The notes: a model not told the origin generated them from the letters alone. Shown: positions 9,225 through 17,121, counted from the first letter of the stretch. The stretch is 32,000 nt of DNA from Afipia carboxidovorans OM5 (GCF_000218565.1 NC_015684.1:1998829-2030828); one strand, 5' to 3'. Translations and numbers: made by a program.

Positions 9225-9548
9225 TCAGGCCGGTTTGCGGCCTTTCTTCCTCTTCCCATCAATCAAGACGGCCTGCTGCCATCGGCTGGGCGCCTTGTCG
9301 GTGCGATGAATGCAGCCCGCCCAGCAGCAGGGGCGCTTCTTGCCCTCCAGCAATTCCTCACAGGTCCGCTCGATGCGGCGCTGGCGCGTCTTTGCTTGCT
9401 TTGCGTCGTCCACCCAGCAGATGAACTCGTTACGGCCAAGCGGCGTCAGGCTCTCCCACAGCGCAAAGACTTTCTCATCAGTTCGCAAGGCGGCTTGAAG
9501 ATCTTCGCGTGCTCTGTGGACGGTGCCATGTGGAAAAGCATTCGCCAT
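9225..9548 (-). CDS. YdeI/OmpD-associated family protein
   Basis: The segment DLQAAL...ALWESLTPLGRNEFICWVDDAKQAKTRQRRIERTCEELLEGKKRPCCW matches the family's AK..eTR.rRi signature as I remember it. ATG at 9548 follows GGAGG; the ORF is open to 9563. Confidence 0.72.
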   Translation of the reverse strand: MANAFPHGTVHRAREDLQAALRTDEKVFALWESLTPLGRNEFICWVDDAKQAKTRQRRIERTCEELLEGKKRPCCWAGCIHRTDKAPSRWQQAVLIDGKRKKGRKPA

Positions 9549-9703
9549 GCAACCTCCAAACAATGCAGCCGGTAAGCTTGGTTACACCACCCAAGAGAAT
9601 GACGATTTCCGCCATGGGAAGCTATCGGCGGCATACAGCGGGACACACTGGGCCCGAAGGAGTACTATCTACCCTATAGCTTTCTTAAGCAGCAGTTCTC
9701 TGC

Positions 9704-11983
9704 TCAAGTGCAGGCCTTCACCATCTTCTTGTAATGATCCTTTCCGACCTCCTTGATGAAGTTGATACCTGCATCGGCCGCGCGGATGGCTTCTTCCAAC
9801 GTAAGGTCTGGTAGGGTGCTAAGCCCATCAATTGTACCGTGAGACTCAATTTGAACGAGGCGTTCGAGGGCCCGAACGTCGAGCTTATCTTTCACTGCCT
9901 CGTGGTGATCCCCAAGCGCACCAGCAAAATTGGATTGCCCTGGAGAACAGAAGGTGGCGAACATCTCAAGGAGCTTGCGGGTCGCGTTTGGAAGTAGAAA
10001 CATATAGTCGGTCGTCTTCTTCTGCGCCGCGTCCTGAACTATGCTGAAAAGATAGTGATATTCACTATCATAATTCACAAGCAGCTTGTGCATAAGTATG
10101 AGCGAGGTGACGCGGTCATTTCCATCTCCCGAGGCCCGACAATCAAGCGATAGGAGTGCCGCCACCTTTTTGGTTTCATCTCGTTTCTGCAAGTTTTGAA
10201 ACTCACGCTTCACCATGTTCATAAAGCTTGTGTTGTGGGTAAGAACGATGACCTGAGCGCACTTTTTGGTCATGCGTGTCATCAGGCTGTAAGCGAAAGT
10301 CCGAGCCGTGGTATCGAGGCTCGATATCGGATCATCAATAACCAGTACCAGGTCTTCAGCTTCACGGCCCTCGGCGGCCAGCAGAGTCAAAAAATAGCAG
10401 AAGGAAACAGCCGTACGTTCCCCTTCGCTTAGTTCTGTCGCAGGCCTCCCGTTTGGGCGAAAAATTTTGTATCCGCCATCTTCTGCAACAAGGCGAAGTT
10501 CCTTATGCCCAAGGTAAGCCCAAATGAGCTCGTTCATTTTGTCTGCGCCGACACCGTTGTCTTGCAAGTCGTTGCGAAGTGCCAGTTGGTGGTCAAAAAG
10601 GCTTTTCTCTTCTGTTTGCGCGGTTGTCTGCTCCGTCTCAGCACCTTCGACAGCCTTCTGAAGACGGTCCCATTCACTTTGATTAGTCGCCAAGACGTGG
10701 GCTTCGATTTTCGTGAACGCGTCTTTTTGCATTGCTGCAAAGCTTACAAAGGCGTCATTGTGCTTCTGCACGGCCGCCGCCAAGACTGCCTCGATGGTCG
10801 CGTATTCTGTGAGCCAGTTGTCGAAGTCAAAGCTTGCAATTTCCCCCGCAACCACCCCTGCTTTGGTGGGGTTTGCAATTCTCGCTTCCAAGCCTTTGAG
10901 AAGTTCTCCGACATACACACCGATCTGCTTAATGGCCGTCTCCATAAGCGCCCGGCTCTTGGCAAAAAATTTCCGTTCCTCTGCGGTAATCTCAACTTCC
11001 TTGGGGATGGAACGATAAAACTCTCTTAGATCCTGTTGGTGCTCCTGCCCGCGCTTCACGGCATCTTCCAAAGATCTCAGTGCGTCGGTCCACGATTTGT
11101 CGAACAAAACTCGGAGCCGAGCTCTGCGATCCTCCGAAAAAAGATTGCCGCAAAGAAGACAGTCCGACACGCCGTGCTCGTCATGGTAGTGAAGCCCTTC
11201 TTCTACCCACCGAAGAACATTCGAATGCGCTTCAAACTCATTCAGAGCGATTCCTGAAACACTTTGTGTGAGAAGCGACTGACTAGCTTTGAACCAATTG
11301 GCCAGCCCCTCAGGGAGACTTGGGGAAAAAGCAAGGCTTGGGAGCGGTTCCCGTTGAGTAAGAAGCCCTTGATGCATTTTGAGTTTATCTTCGGGCAGCT
11401 TTTTCTCCGGGCCAAAGGATACTTTTGAATAGTGCCCCTGAATCTTCCGCGCGTCGTAGGACTGTGTGTAGCTGCTTGAAGAGGCCACCTCGCGGATATT
11501 ACGGGCCACTCGAGTTTTAAAGTCTGACAAGTCCTTGTCAGCCTTTCTCTTAGCGCTCTCCTTTGCCTTAGTTTTCTGTTTCGCGGCCAAAAGCTTCGGT
11601 GTTATCTCATCATATTCTTTACGAGCACCGACCTTCTTTTCGCTCAGATAGGCAATTCCCTTTGTGCTACTAGCATCCCATTCAAAATTTCTGGATACGA
11701 AGTCCGTATTGAAAACCAGAAGATTATTCCCAAACGGGTTTGAGATAGGGTCTTGCGTAACAATCGTTCCGTCTGACGTTTCGATTTTAAAGGTGGTTTC
11801 TTTTGGTAACCGATCTTCTAAGTTTCCCCGTTCTATCGACGAAAACACTCTAGATAAGGTGGTCTTTCCGGAACCATTAAACCCATAGATCAAAGTGCGG
11901 GGAGCTAATTGCAAATCCTCTGAAGCGCAAAAGTCTTTCCATACTCCCGCTTGTTTAAGCTCTGAAAGCCTCCGGACAATCAT
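9704..11983 (-). CDS. AAA_13-family ABC-type ATPase with CxxC coiled-coil insert and PrrC/RloC-like C-terminal region (candidate anticodon-nuclease-type defence protein)
   Basis: Walker A GFNGSGKTT, a long coiled-coil insert containing DCLLCGNLF, ABC signature LSEGERTA, Walker B LVLVIDDPISSLD, H-loop VLTHN, and C-terminal NATRKLLEMF...VQIESHG (R-x3-E...H). Visibly AT-richer than its flanks. I prefer the start at MIVRRLSEL (11983), with 12028 as an alternative. The 888-aa ORF reaching 12370 is rejected. Confidence 0.75.
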   Translation of the reverse strand: MIVRRLSELKQAGVWKDFCASEDLQLAPRTLIYGFNGSGKTTLSRVFSSIERGNLEDRLPKETTFKIETSDGTIVTQDPISNPFGNNLLVFNTDFVSRNFEWDASSTKGIAYLSEKKVGARKEYDEITPKLLAAKQKTKAKESAKRKADKDLSDFKTRVARNIREVASSSSYTQSYDARKIQGHYSKVSFGPEKKLPEDKLKMHQGLLTQREPLPSLAFSPSLPEGLANWFKASQSLLTQSVSGIALNEFEAHSNVLRWVEEGLHYHDEHGVSDCLLCGNLFSEDRRARLRVLFDKSWTDALRSLEDAVKRGQEHQQDLREFYRSIPKEVEITAEERKFFAKSRALMETAIKQIGVYVGELLKGLEARIANPTKAGVVAGEIASFDFDNWLTEYATIEAVLAAAVQKHNDAFVSFAAMQKDAFTKIEAHVLATNQSEWDRLQKAVEGAETEQTTAQTEEKSLFDHQLALRNDLQDNGVGADKMNELIWAYLGHKELRLVAEDGGYKIFRPNGRPATELSEGERTAVSFCYFLTLLAAEGREAEDLVLVIDDPISSLDTTARTFAYSLMTRMTKKCAQVIVLTHNTSFMNMVKREFQNLQKRDETKKVAALLSLDCRASGDGNDRVTSLILMHKLLVNYDSEYHYLFSIVQDAAQKKTTDYMFLLPNATRKLLEMFATFCSPGQSNFAGALGDHHEAVKDKLDVRALERLVQIESHGTIDGLSTLPDLTLEEAIRAADAGINFIKEVGKDHYKKMVKACT

Positions 11984-12142
11984 ATCCCGCGCGCCCCACA
12001 TCAGAATTGCAACAGTCAACGTACTCATACCAATAGAGGCTAGCAACCATCGGGAGAGCAGGCGCGTTGGAGCAATGAAAAGTAGAAAGGGTGCGTCTGA
12101 CTGCCTCGCAGCACGGCAGCGTCGGAGGGCCTGAGGCCCAAG

Positions 12143-12161
12143 TGGCGGAAGGGGTGTCCGC
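12143..12161. repeat. 19-bp direct repeat TGGCGGAAGGGGTGTCCGC, copy 1 (putative att site of the island)
   Basis: Identical 19-mer at 29438-29456. Each copy lies about 100-140 bp upstream of a homologous P4-type integrase gene. It contains the hairpin GCGGA-AGGGGTG-TCCGC. Confidence 0.7.
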
Positions 12162-12225
12162 TGGAAACCCAACCTTAGTGGTTTTATCGTCCGATTGCCT
12201 TGTAAAAAAGCACTAAAGTCAGTAA

Positions 12226-12254
12226 TGCCGGTATGGTGGTTATGACAACCGGCA
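12226..12254. promoter_or_regulatory. Inverted repeat TGCCGGT-N15-ACCGGCA immediately upstream of int
   Basis: 7-bp perfect arms ending 7 bp before the int ATG. An analogous 8-bp-arm inverted repeat precedes the second int gene. Confidence 0.4.
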
Positions 12255-12260
12255 GAGAAA

Positions 12261-13433
12261 ATGGCCCGTAACAAGCTGAGCGAAACGAAGATCAAGGCGA
12301 TTTCCAAGCCGGGAATATACGGCGACGGTGACGGCCTATTCATTCGAGTCCAAAAGACCGGCAGCCGCAACTGGCTGTTCGTGTATCGCCGCGGTCAACA
12401 GCGTAATGAGATCGGGCTTGGTGGATATGGACAAGGCACCGCACCGGTTTCGCTGCCGCTGGCCCGAGAGAAGGCCGACGCAATCCGGCAGCAACTCGCC
12501 CGAGGTGAGGATCCCCGCGCATCGCGAAACGCGATCAAACCGAAGACGTTTGGCGAGGTGATGGAGCAACTGCTCACGGCCAAGGAATCCGAGTGGACCA
12601 ACCCCAAGCACGCTGAGCAATGGAAGATGACGCTGCGGACGTACGCCAAGCCGCTGCACCGTCTGCCGGTGGCTGATATCGTGATGGGCGACGTTAAAGA
12701 CTGTATCCTGCCACACTGGGCCGAACGGCCCGAGACGGCGGCACGTCTGCGGTCCCGCATTCAAGCGGTGATCGACTACGCAATCGCCCATGAGTGGCGC
12801 TCGGCTGGGAATCCGGCCCGGTGGGGAGGTTTGCTTGAGAAGGTAATGCCCAAGCGCCAAAAGTTATCGCGCGGCCACCATGCCGCGCTGGCCTATGCGG
12901 ACGCGCCCCAGACGATCGAGGCGCTGCGGCATTCTTCGGGTACGGCGGCGCGAGCGGTGGAGTTTATAGCGCTGACGGTGGCTCGGTCGGGCGAGGCCCG
13001 GTACTCGACCTTCGCAGAGGTGGACGTGAAGGCCAAAACATGGACCGTCCCCGCCGAGAGGATGAAGGCGGGTAAGGAGCATATCGTCCCGCTCACAGCC
13101 CGCGCGCTCCAGATCGTCGAGGCCATGAGGCAACGGGCAACCGGCGATTATATCTTCGGCGGTGCACAAGACAGTAAGCCGATCAGCGATACCGCAATGG
13201 TGAAGGCGCTACGGTTGGCATCGCCAGATAAGGCCGCGACTCTCCACGGGCTACGATCGACGTTTCGGGACTGGGCCGGCGACAAGACGAAATTTCCACG
13301 CGACATAGCGGAAATGGCATTGGCGCATGCGGTCGGGGACGAAACCGAGCGCGCCTATCGGCGAAGCACCGCTCTCGCCCAGCGTAGGAAACTGATGGAT
13401 GCGTGGGAAAGGTATCTAAATACCGACAAATAA
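12261..13433 (+). CDS. int: Tyrosine recombinase/integrase, P4/CP4-57 type with N-terminal Arm (DUF4102-like) domain
   Basis: N-terminus MARNKLSETKIKA...GDGDGLFIRV...WLFVYR. Catalytic-region motifs TVARSGEAR, HGLRSTFRDWAG and ERAYRR. Confidence 0.95.
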   Translation: MARNKLSETKIKAISKPGIYGDGDGLFIRVQKTGSRNWLFVYRRGQQRNEIGLGGYGQGTAPVSLPLAREKADAIRQQLARGEDPRASRNAIKPKTFGEVMEQLLTAKESEWTNPKHAEQWKMTLRTYAKPLHRLPVADIVMGDVKDCILPHWAERPETAARLRSRIQAVIDYAIAHEWRSAGNPARWGGLLEKVMPKRQKLSRGHHAALAYADAPQTIEALRHSSGTAARAVEFIALTVARSGEARYSTFAEVDVKAKTWTVPAERMKAGKEHIVPLTARALQIVEAMRQRATGDYIFGGAQDSKPISDTAMVKALRLASPDKAATLHGLRSTFRDWAGDKTKFPRDIAEMALAHAVGDETERAYRRSTALAQRRKLMDAWERYLNTDK

Positions 13434-13447
13434 ATGTGGACTAGATG

Positions 13448-13476
13448 TTGACATTTATGACATTCGAGCGCTATAT
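13448..13476 (+). promoter_or_regulatory. Sigma70-like promoter TTGACA-N17-CTATAT upstream of alpA
   Basis: Near-consensus -35 with a 17-bp spacer. The same architecture (TTGACC-N17-CTATAT) occurs at the equivalent position in the second island. Confidence 0.5.
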
Positions 13477-13578
13477 GTAGGGTATGCATCGGCAATGCCG
13501 ACGCTGTCAGCGTGATTGGCCCTTTTTCCTCGCCGAGCGCTTACGCGGTCGCACCGCAACCCTGACAAGGGTTCCTGA

Positions 13579-13821
13579 ATGTCCCCCCAGCATATTCCTG
13601 TTGCCCAGCCGCGGCTGGTTTCCATCAAGACTGTCTGCGCCATGACGAGTATGTCTCGTTCAATGGTGAATGCCTTGCGCGATGACGGCGTGTTCGTTGA
13701 AGCCGTTGAGCTTGGACCTCGGAGAATCGCGTTTGTCCGAGAGGAAGTCGAAGCGTGGATTGACGCGCGTATCGCGAAACGCGGTGCGAACGATAACAAC
13801 CGTAAGCGGGAGGCTGCATGA
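13579..13821 (+). CDS. alpA: AlpA-family phage regulatory protein / excisionase-like HTH
   Basis: LVSIKTVCAMTSMSRSMVNALRDDGVFVEAVELGPRRIAFVREEVEAWI is a typical AlpA/MerR-superfamily HTH. It lies directly downstream of int. Confidence 0.85.
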   Translation: MSPQHIPVAQPRLVSIKTVCAMTSMSRSMVNALRDDGVFVEAVELGPRRIAFVREEVEAWIDARIAKRGANDNNRKREAA

Positions 13822-14021
13822 TCGAGGTCGGCAAATATAAGAACTCCAAGACGCGCGAGATCGTCGAGGACGCCATCAGCCAACTATGCGCCGTTGGTTT
13901 CGACTCCGATGGCGCTGCATCGCTCTTGGTTATCCAAGGCATGATTCGTATTGAAGACCCGCAAAAGCGGAAGGAAATGGCCGCCTTCGTTACGCGCGAA
14001 GCGGAAGACGATACCGACTGA
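13818..14021 (+). CDS. Hypothetical protein (67 aa)
   Basis: ATGA start/stop overlap with alpA, with GGGAGG 5 nt upstream. Confidence 0.55.
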   Translation: MIEVGKYKNSKTREIVEDAISQLCAVGFDSDGAASLLVIQGMIRIEDPQKRKEMAAFVTREAEDDTD

Positions 14022-14110
14022 TGCATCATCGCCTTGGCTTTGGCCGGGGCGAACTACTGCATGACTGGCCCTCTGCCGGGTGCGCCGAAAAACTCCCCTT
14101 AGAGACCATT

Positions 14111-14335
14111 ATGAGAATTTTGAATTACCGACCGGCACCATCCGGTGGCGGCACAATCGGCTTTGCTGAAATCGAAGCCGCTCCTGGCATCCGCATGTTC
14201 GACGTCAAGATCGTTCGGACACATGACGGCAGCATCCGCGCCTATGCGCGAAACACCGCGTTCGATCGTACCGCGATCGCGGAAATTCAGAAGTCCCTTA
14301 CCGGAGGCGCATGCCTTGAACGCATTGCAAGCTAA
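14111..14335 (+). CDS. Conserved small island protein (74 aa), paralog of 31336..31590
   Basis: MRILNYRPAPSGG... compares with MRILAIRPAPPGS... in the second island. The 3' end overlaps the start of the replication gene in both islands. Confidence 0.6.
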   Translation: MRILNYRPAPSGGGTIGFAEIEAAPGIRMFDVKIVRTHDGSIRAYARNTAFDRTAIAEIQKSLTGGACLERIAS

Positions 14336-16088
14336 ATCTTTCGATCCGGCCGACCTCACTCGATCCGACAAGGTCGACCAGATGGGGGCTATACTCGACG
14401 GCGACATCTATGTGCCGCTCGATCCTGATCTGGATATCGCTAGCCTCACGATGGAAACCATCGGCGAGGCTCTGCGACGTGAACGTGAATCCGACGATAT
14501 TTCGAACGGCGTCGTCTACACTGACGATTGGAAATACAAGGACCGGCGCGTCGGCAATCACAACAACGTCTTCCTGTCATATCTGTCTGAGGACGGCGAA
14601 ACGGTCGTGCATCGCCAACTGCAGGGTGATCCTTCCGACGCTGTATTCATCATCGAGGATCTGCAGCGTGCCGCCGGCGGCGGCGAGGTTCGGTATCGGC
14701 CCGAACCGAAGGCGGTCAATGAACCGGTTGCAGCCAATGACAACGAGCCTTCCGCAGCATCAACACTCGCCAGCACCAAGCCGAAACTGACGGCAGACGA
14801 GGAACGCGAGTATCTCGAAAAATTCCAGCGTGAGCAGCTTTTACCCGGCCAGCGCGGCGAACTTGTCTTTGATGACATCGCGCACCGGGCGCTTTCAACT
14901 GGACCGTTCTGGCGAATCGCGGGCGCGGTGGTTGAAGAAGTTTCCGGCGACGTGTTCATGGGCGTACTAGATGGCGCTCCGAAGTTCGCCCCGGAGGGTG
15001 GCGGCATAATGCCGATAAACCCTCTCGCGCCTTTCCCGTTAGTCGACCCATCAGAGTGGCATGGCACCGTCGCAAAGGGTCGCGAGTGGTTTCTGACCGG
15101 CCTCATTCCGCATCGGCAAGTAACGCTGCTGTCCGGTGACGGTGGTGTAGGCAAATCACTTTTGGGTTTGCAGATTGGCGCGGCGTCTGCTCTGGCGATT
15201 GAGACTCTAGGCTTGCGACCCCGGCCAGGGCGAGTGCTTTACGTCGGCGCCGAAGACGAGGCTGAAGAATTTCACCGTCGTCTGGATGATATCGCCACAG
15301 CACACAGCGCAAAAATGTCCGAGTTGACGGACCTTCGCATTCTTCCGCTGGCTGATATGGACGCACTCCTTTCCGAGCCAGATTCTAAGGGCAACATGAA
15401 AGCGACCTCGCTATGGAGCCGTGTTGACACATTTGTGCAGGATTGGAAGCCCGGCCTTGTCGTTCTCGACACTGCCGCTGACTTGTTTGGTGGTGACGAA
15501 GTAAAGCGAGCGCAAGTCCGCCATTTCGTTGCGATGCTTCGCAAGTTGGCTATTGGCCGCAACTGTGCGGTTCTGTTGCTGGCGCATCCGTCCGTGGCCG
15601 GCATGGCGTCCGGCAGCGGCTACAGCGGCTCGACCGCTTGGAATAACAGTGTCCGTTCGCGCCTCTATCTTACCAGCGGTGAAGGTGACATTCGCGTTTT
15701 GAAAACCGTGAAGAGCAACTACGGCAAAATCGGTGATGAGACGTATCTTGAATGGCAGGACGGCTCGTTCGTTCTGCACGACCCGAGCAAACCGGGGGTT
15801 GCTGACGGATTGATAAACGGTCGCAACGACAAGGTGTTTCTTGCCGTTCTGTCGAAGCTGAACCGGACGGGCCAGCGGCCAAGCCCGAACAAGTCGCCAT
15901 CGTTTGCACCGCGTATGATTCAGAAGCACCCCGACGCAAAGGGTGTGAAGGTCCGCGACATGGAGCTGGCGATGCAGCGGTTGCTGGACTCCGGCGTCAT
16001 CAAGATTGTGCAGGAGGGACCGGCCTCGCGTCGGTTCAGCCGTTTGATTGTTTCGGCGGAAGACTTTGGAGGTGCCGACGACGGCTGA
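14316..16088 (+). CDS. RecA-fold replication ATPase (AAA_25 / RepA-like helicase family) with unknown N-terminal domain
   Basis: Walker A SGDGGVGKS, Walker B LVVLDTAADLFGGDE, and LLLAHPSVAG...GSTAWNNSVRSR, typical of RepA-like helicases. TTG at 14316 lies 8 nt after GGAGG; ATG at 14382 is an alternative start. Confidence 0.78.
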   Translation: MNALQAKSFDPADLTRSDKVDQMGAILDGDIYVPLDPDLDIASLTMETIGEALRRERESDDISNGVVYTDDWKYKDRRVGNHNNVFLSYLSEDGETVVHRQLQGDPSDAVFIIEDLQRAAGGGEVRYRPEPKAVNEPVAANDNEPSAASTLASTKPKLTADEEREYLEKFQREQLLPGQRGELVFDDIAHRALSTGPFWRIAGAVVEEVSGDVFMGVLDGAPKFAPEGGGIMPINPLAPFPLVDPSEWHGTVAKGREWFLTGLIPHRQVTLLSGDGGVGKSLLGLQIGAASALAIETLGLRPRPGRVLYVGAEDEAEEFHRRLDDIATAHSAKMSELTDLRILPLADMDALLSEPDSKGNMKATSLWSRVDTFVQDWKPGLVVLDTAADLFGGDEVKRAQVRHFVAMLRKLAIGRNCAVLLLAHPSVAGMASGSGYSGSTAWNNSVRSRLYLTSGEGDIRVLKTVKSNYGKIGDETYLEWQDGSFVLHDPSKPGVADGLINGRNDKVFLAVLSKLNRTGQRPSPNKSPSFAPRMIQKHPDAKGVKVRDMELAMQRLLDSGVIKIVQEGPASRRFSRLIVSAEDFGGADDG

Positions 16089-16223
16089 TTCCAACCCACC
16101 TTCCAACGCCTTCCAACGGTTTTGTAAGTCGTTGAAATCATTGATGTTCGCACACCAATTACGGTAACTTCCAACGGTGGACTAACTCATTGATTTTATT
16201 CGCTTCCAACGCCTTCCAACGGG
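16088..16223. repeat. Iteron cluster: five CTTCCAACG copies, two of them as TTCCAACGCCTTCCAACGG doublets (putative satellite origin of replication)
   Basis: Copies at 16100-16108, 16110-16118, 16168-16176, 16203-16211 and 16213-16221. The 19-bp doublet repeats at 16101-16119 and 16204-16222. TCATTGAT occurs twice. The cluster is non-coding and lies directly after the replication ATPase gene. Confidence 0.6.
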
Positions 16224-16320
16224 TACTCGCACACACCCCTATAACCCCATAGCGCCCGAAGGCGCGCGCTCCTTTGATGGAGCGGCACCACGGGCAAATA
16301 AAAACAGGAAACGACCTGAC

Positions 16321-16989
16321 ATGAATCACGCCAACGACAACCAGCCGCGCAGTCCGGAAGAGCACCGCAAGCTGGTAGCGGAGCAGGCCACCGCTGGCGA
16401 ACGCGCTTATCAGGGTGGCTCATGGCCGCAGGGACGACGGCTCCATAAGGCCGGCAAACTCGAGCTCGTGACCGGCCTCGTTGGTTGGCAGGTCCGAAAC
16501 ACGATGCCGCGCCTAAGTGCAGCAAACGACAATAGAACGGTGGACTTCGACCATACGGAAACCGTTGAGCGTGATGTTCTGGATGCCGACACTATCGTGG
16601 CGGCGGTTGAGGCTGAGAAGAGAGAGCCCGGCAATCATTACCGGGAAGAGACGCAGGAGGTGTATGTCGTCACCTCTCGCGACGATGACGGTAAGCCCGT
16701 AAAAGGCGAGTGGCGCGCCATCGCGGGCGAGACTGTCTTTGACCGACAGCATTCCTCTGCGGCACCCGATTGGGCGGTTGATGATATGGGCGAAGAGGAA
16801 AAAATAGCTAACGCCATCGACACCAAGCGTATCCGCGCACGGCTCGGACCCGCCGTCTGCACGCTGCTTGATATGGCTGCCGGCGACTCGACGACAGGCG
16901 AAATTGCCGACGCCATCGGCGTTAGTCGCGCCAAGGCCGAAAGCTACGTCGAGATGGCGGTTCAGAAATATTTGCAGATTGCCGCCTGA
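16321..16989 (+). CDS. Hypothetical protein with C-terminal sigma-70-region-4/LuxR-like HTH
   Basis: The C-terminal segment STTGEIADAIGVSRAKAESYVEMAVQKYL looks like an HTH. The mid region is acidic. Confidence 0.65.
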   Translation: MNHANDNQPRSPEEHRKLVAEQATAGERAYQGGSWPQGRRLHKAGKLELVTGLVGWQVRNTMPRLSAANDNRTVDFDHTETVERDVLDADTIVAAVEAEKREPGNHYREETQEVYVVTSRDDDGKPVKGEWRAIAGETVFDRQHSSAAPDWAVDDMGEEEKIANAIDTKRIRARLGPAVCTLLDMAAGDSTTGEIADAIGVSRAKAESYVEMAVQKYLQIAA

Positions 16990-17039
16990 GACTGAAAAAA
17001 TCCTGCCCGTCGCCTCATAAGTACGAGGGCAATAGAAAT

Positions 17040-17067
17040 TCGCGAGATATTGCATCGCGACTTTTTG
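17040..17067 (+). terminator. Rho-independent terminator-like hairpin
   Basis: TCGCGA-N9-TCGCGA followed by CTTTTTG, preceded by a second imperfect hairpin at about 17003-17031. Confidence 0.5.
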
Positions 17068-17121
17068 CCCTAGCCGTCATGCGCAACGCTGGCGGTCTGG
17101 GCGCTATGCCAAGGGAGAGCC

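Noticed and set aside
9606-9613. TTCCGCCA on the plus strand near the left edge of the AT-rich islet, as a possible third att remnant
   Set aside because: Only 8-9 nt match, they are in inverted orientation relative to the two 19-bp copies, and they lie just upstream of the YdeI-like gene start. A match of that length is expected by chance in 32 kb.
12127-12139. Hairpin GGGCC-TGA-GGCCC just left of att copy 1, as a terminator
   Set aside because: It has only a 5-bp stem and a 3-nt loop, with no U-tract on either strand. That is too weak to call.
12030-12260. tRNA or tmRNA gene expected next to the P4-type integrase
   Set aside because: The repeat's reverse complement ends in ...CCCTTCC-G-CCA, like a tRNA 3' end. 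However, I could not build a T-arm or the rest of a cloverleaf beside either copy on either strand (also checked 29330-29595). No tRNA is called. tRNAscan-SE or ARAGORN should be run to confirm.
9704-12370. Full 888-aa ORF for the AAA_13 gene
   Set aside because: The first 114-129 codons or so are Arg/Pro/Leu-rich and non-protein-like. They run across the 19-bp att repeat and overlap the start of the integrase gene on the other strand. The family's typical N-terminus (MI..L......W.DF...IYGFNGSGKTT) begins at 11983, so the gene was trimmed.
13455-14029. Minus-strand ORFs (142 aa and 134 aa) opposite alpA and the following gene
   Set aside because: They are antisense to well-supported plus-strand genes with RBSs and translational coupling, and their composition is not protein-like.
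14145-14315. Upstream extension of the replication ATPase ORF (647-aa version)
   Set aside because: The extension overlaps the conserved small gene 14111..14335 in another frame and translates to Ser/Arg/Pro-rich sequence. A TTG with a well-spaced GGAGG at 14316 gives a sensible start.
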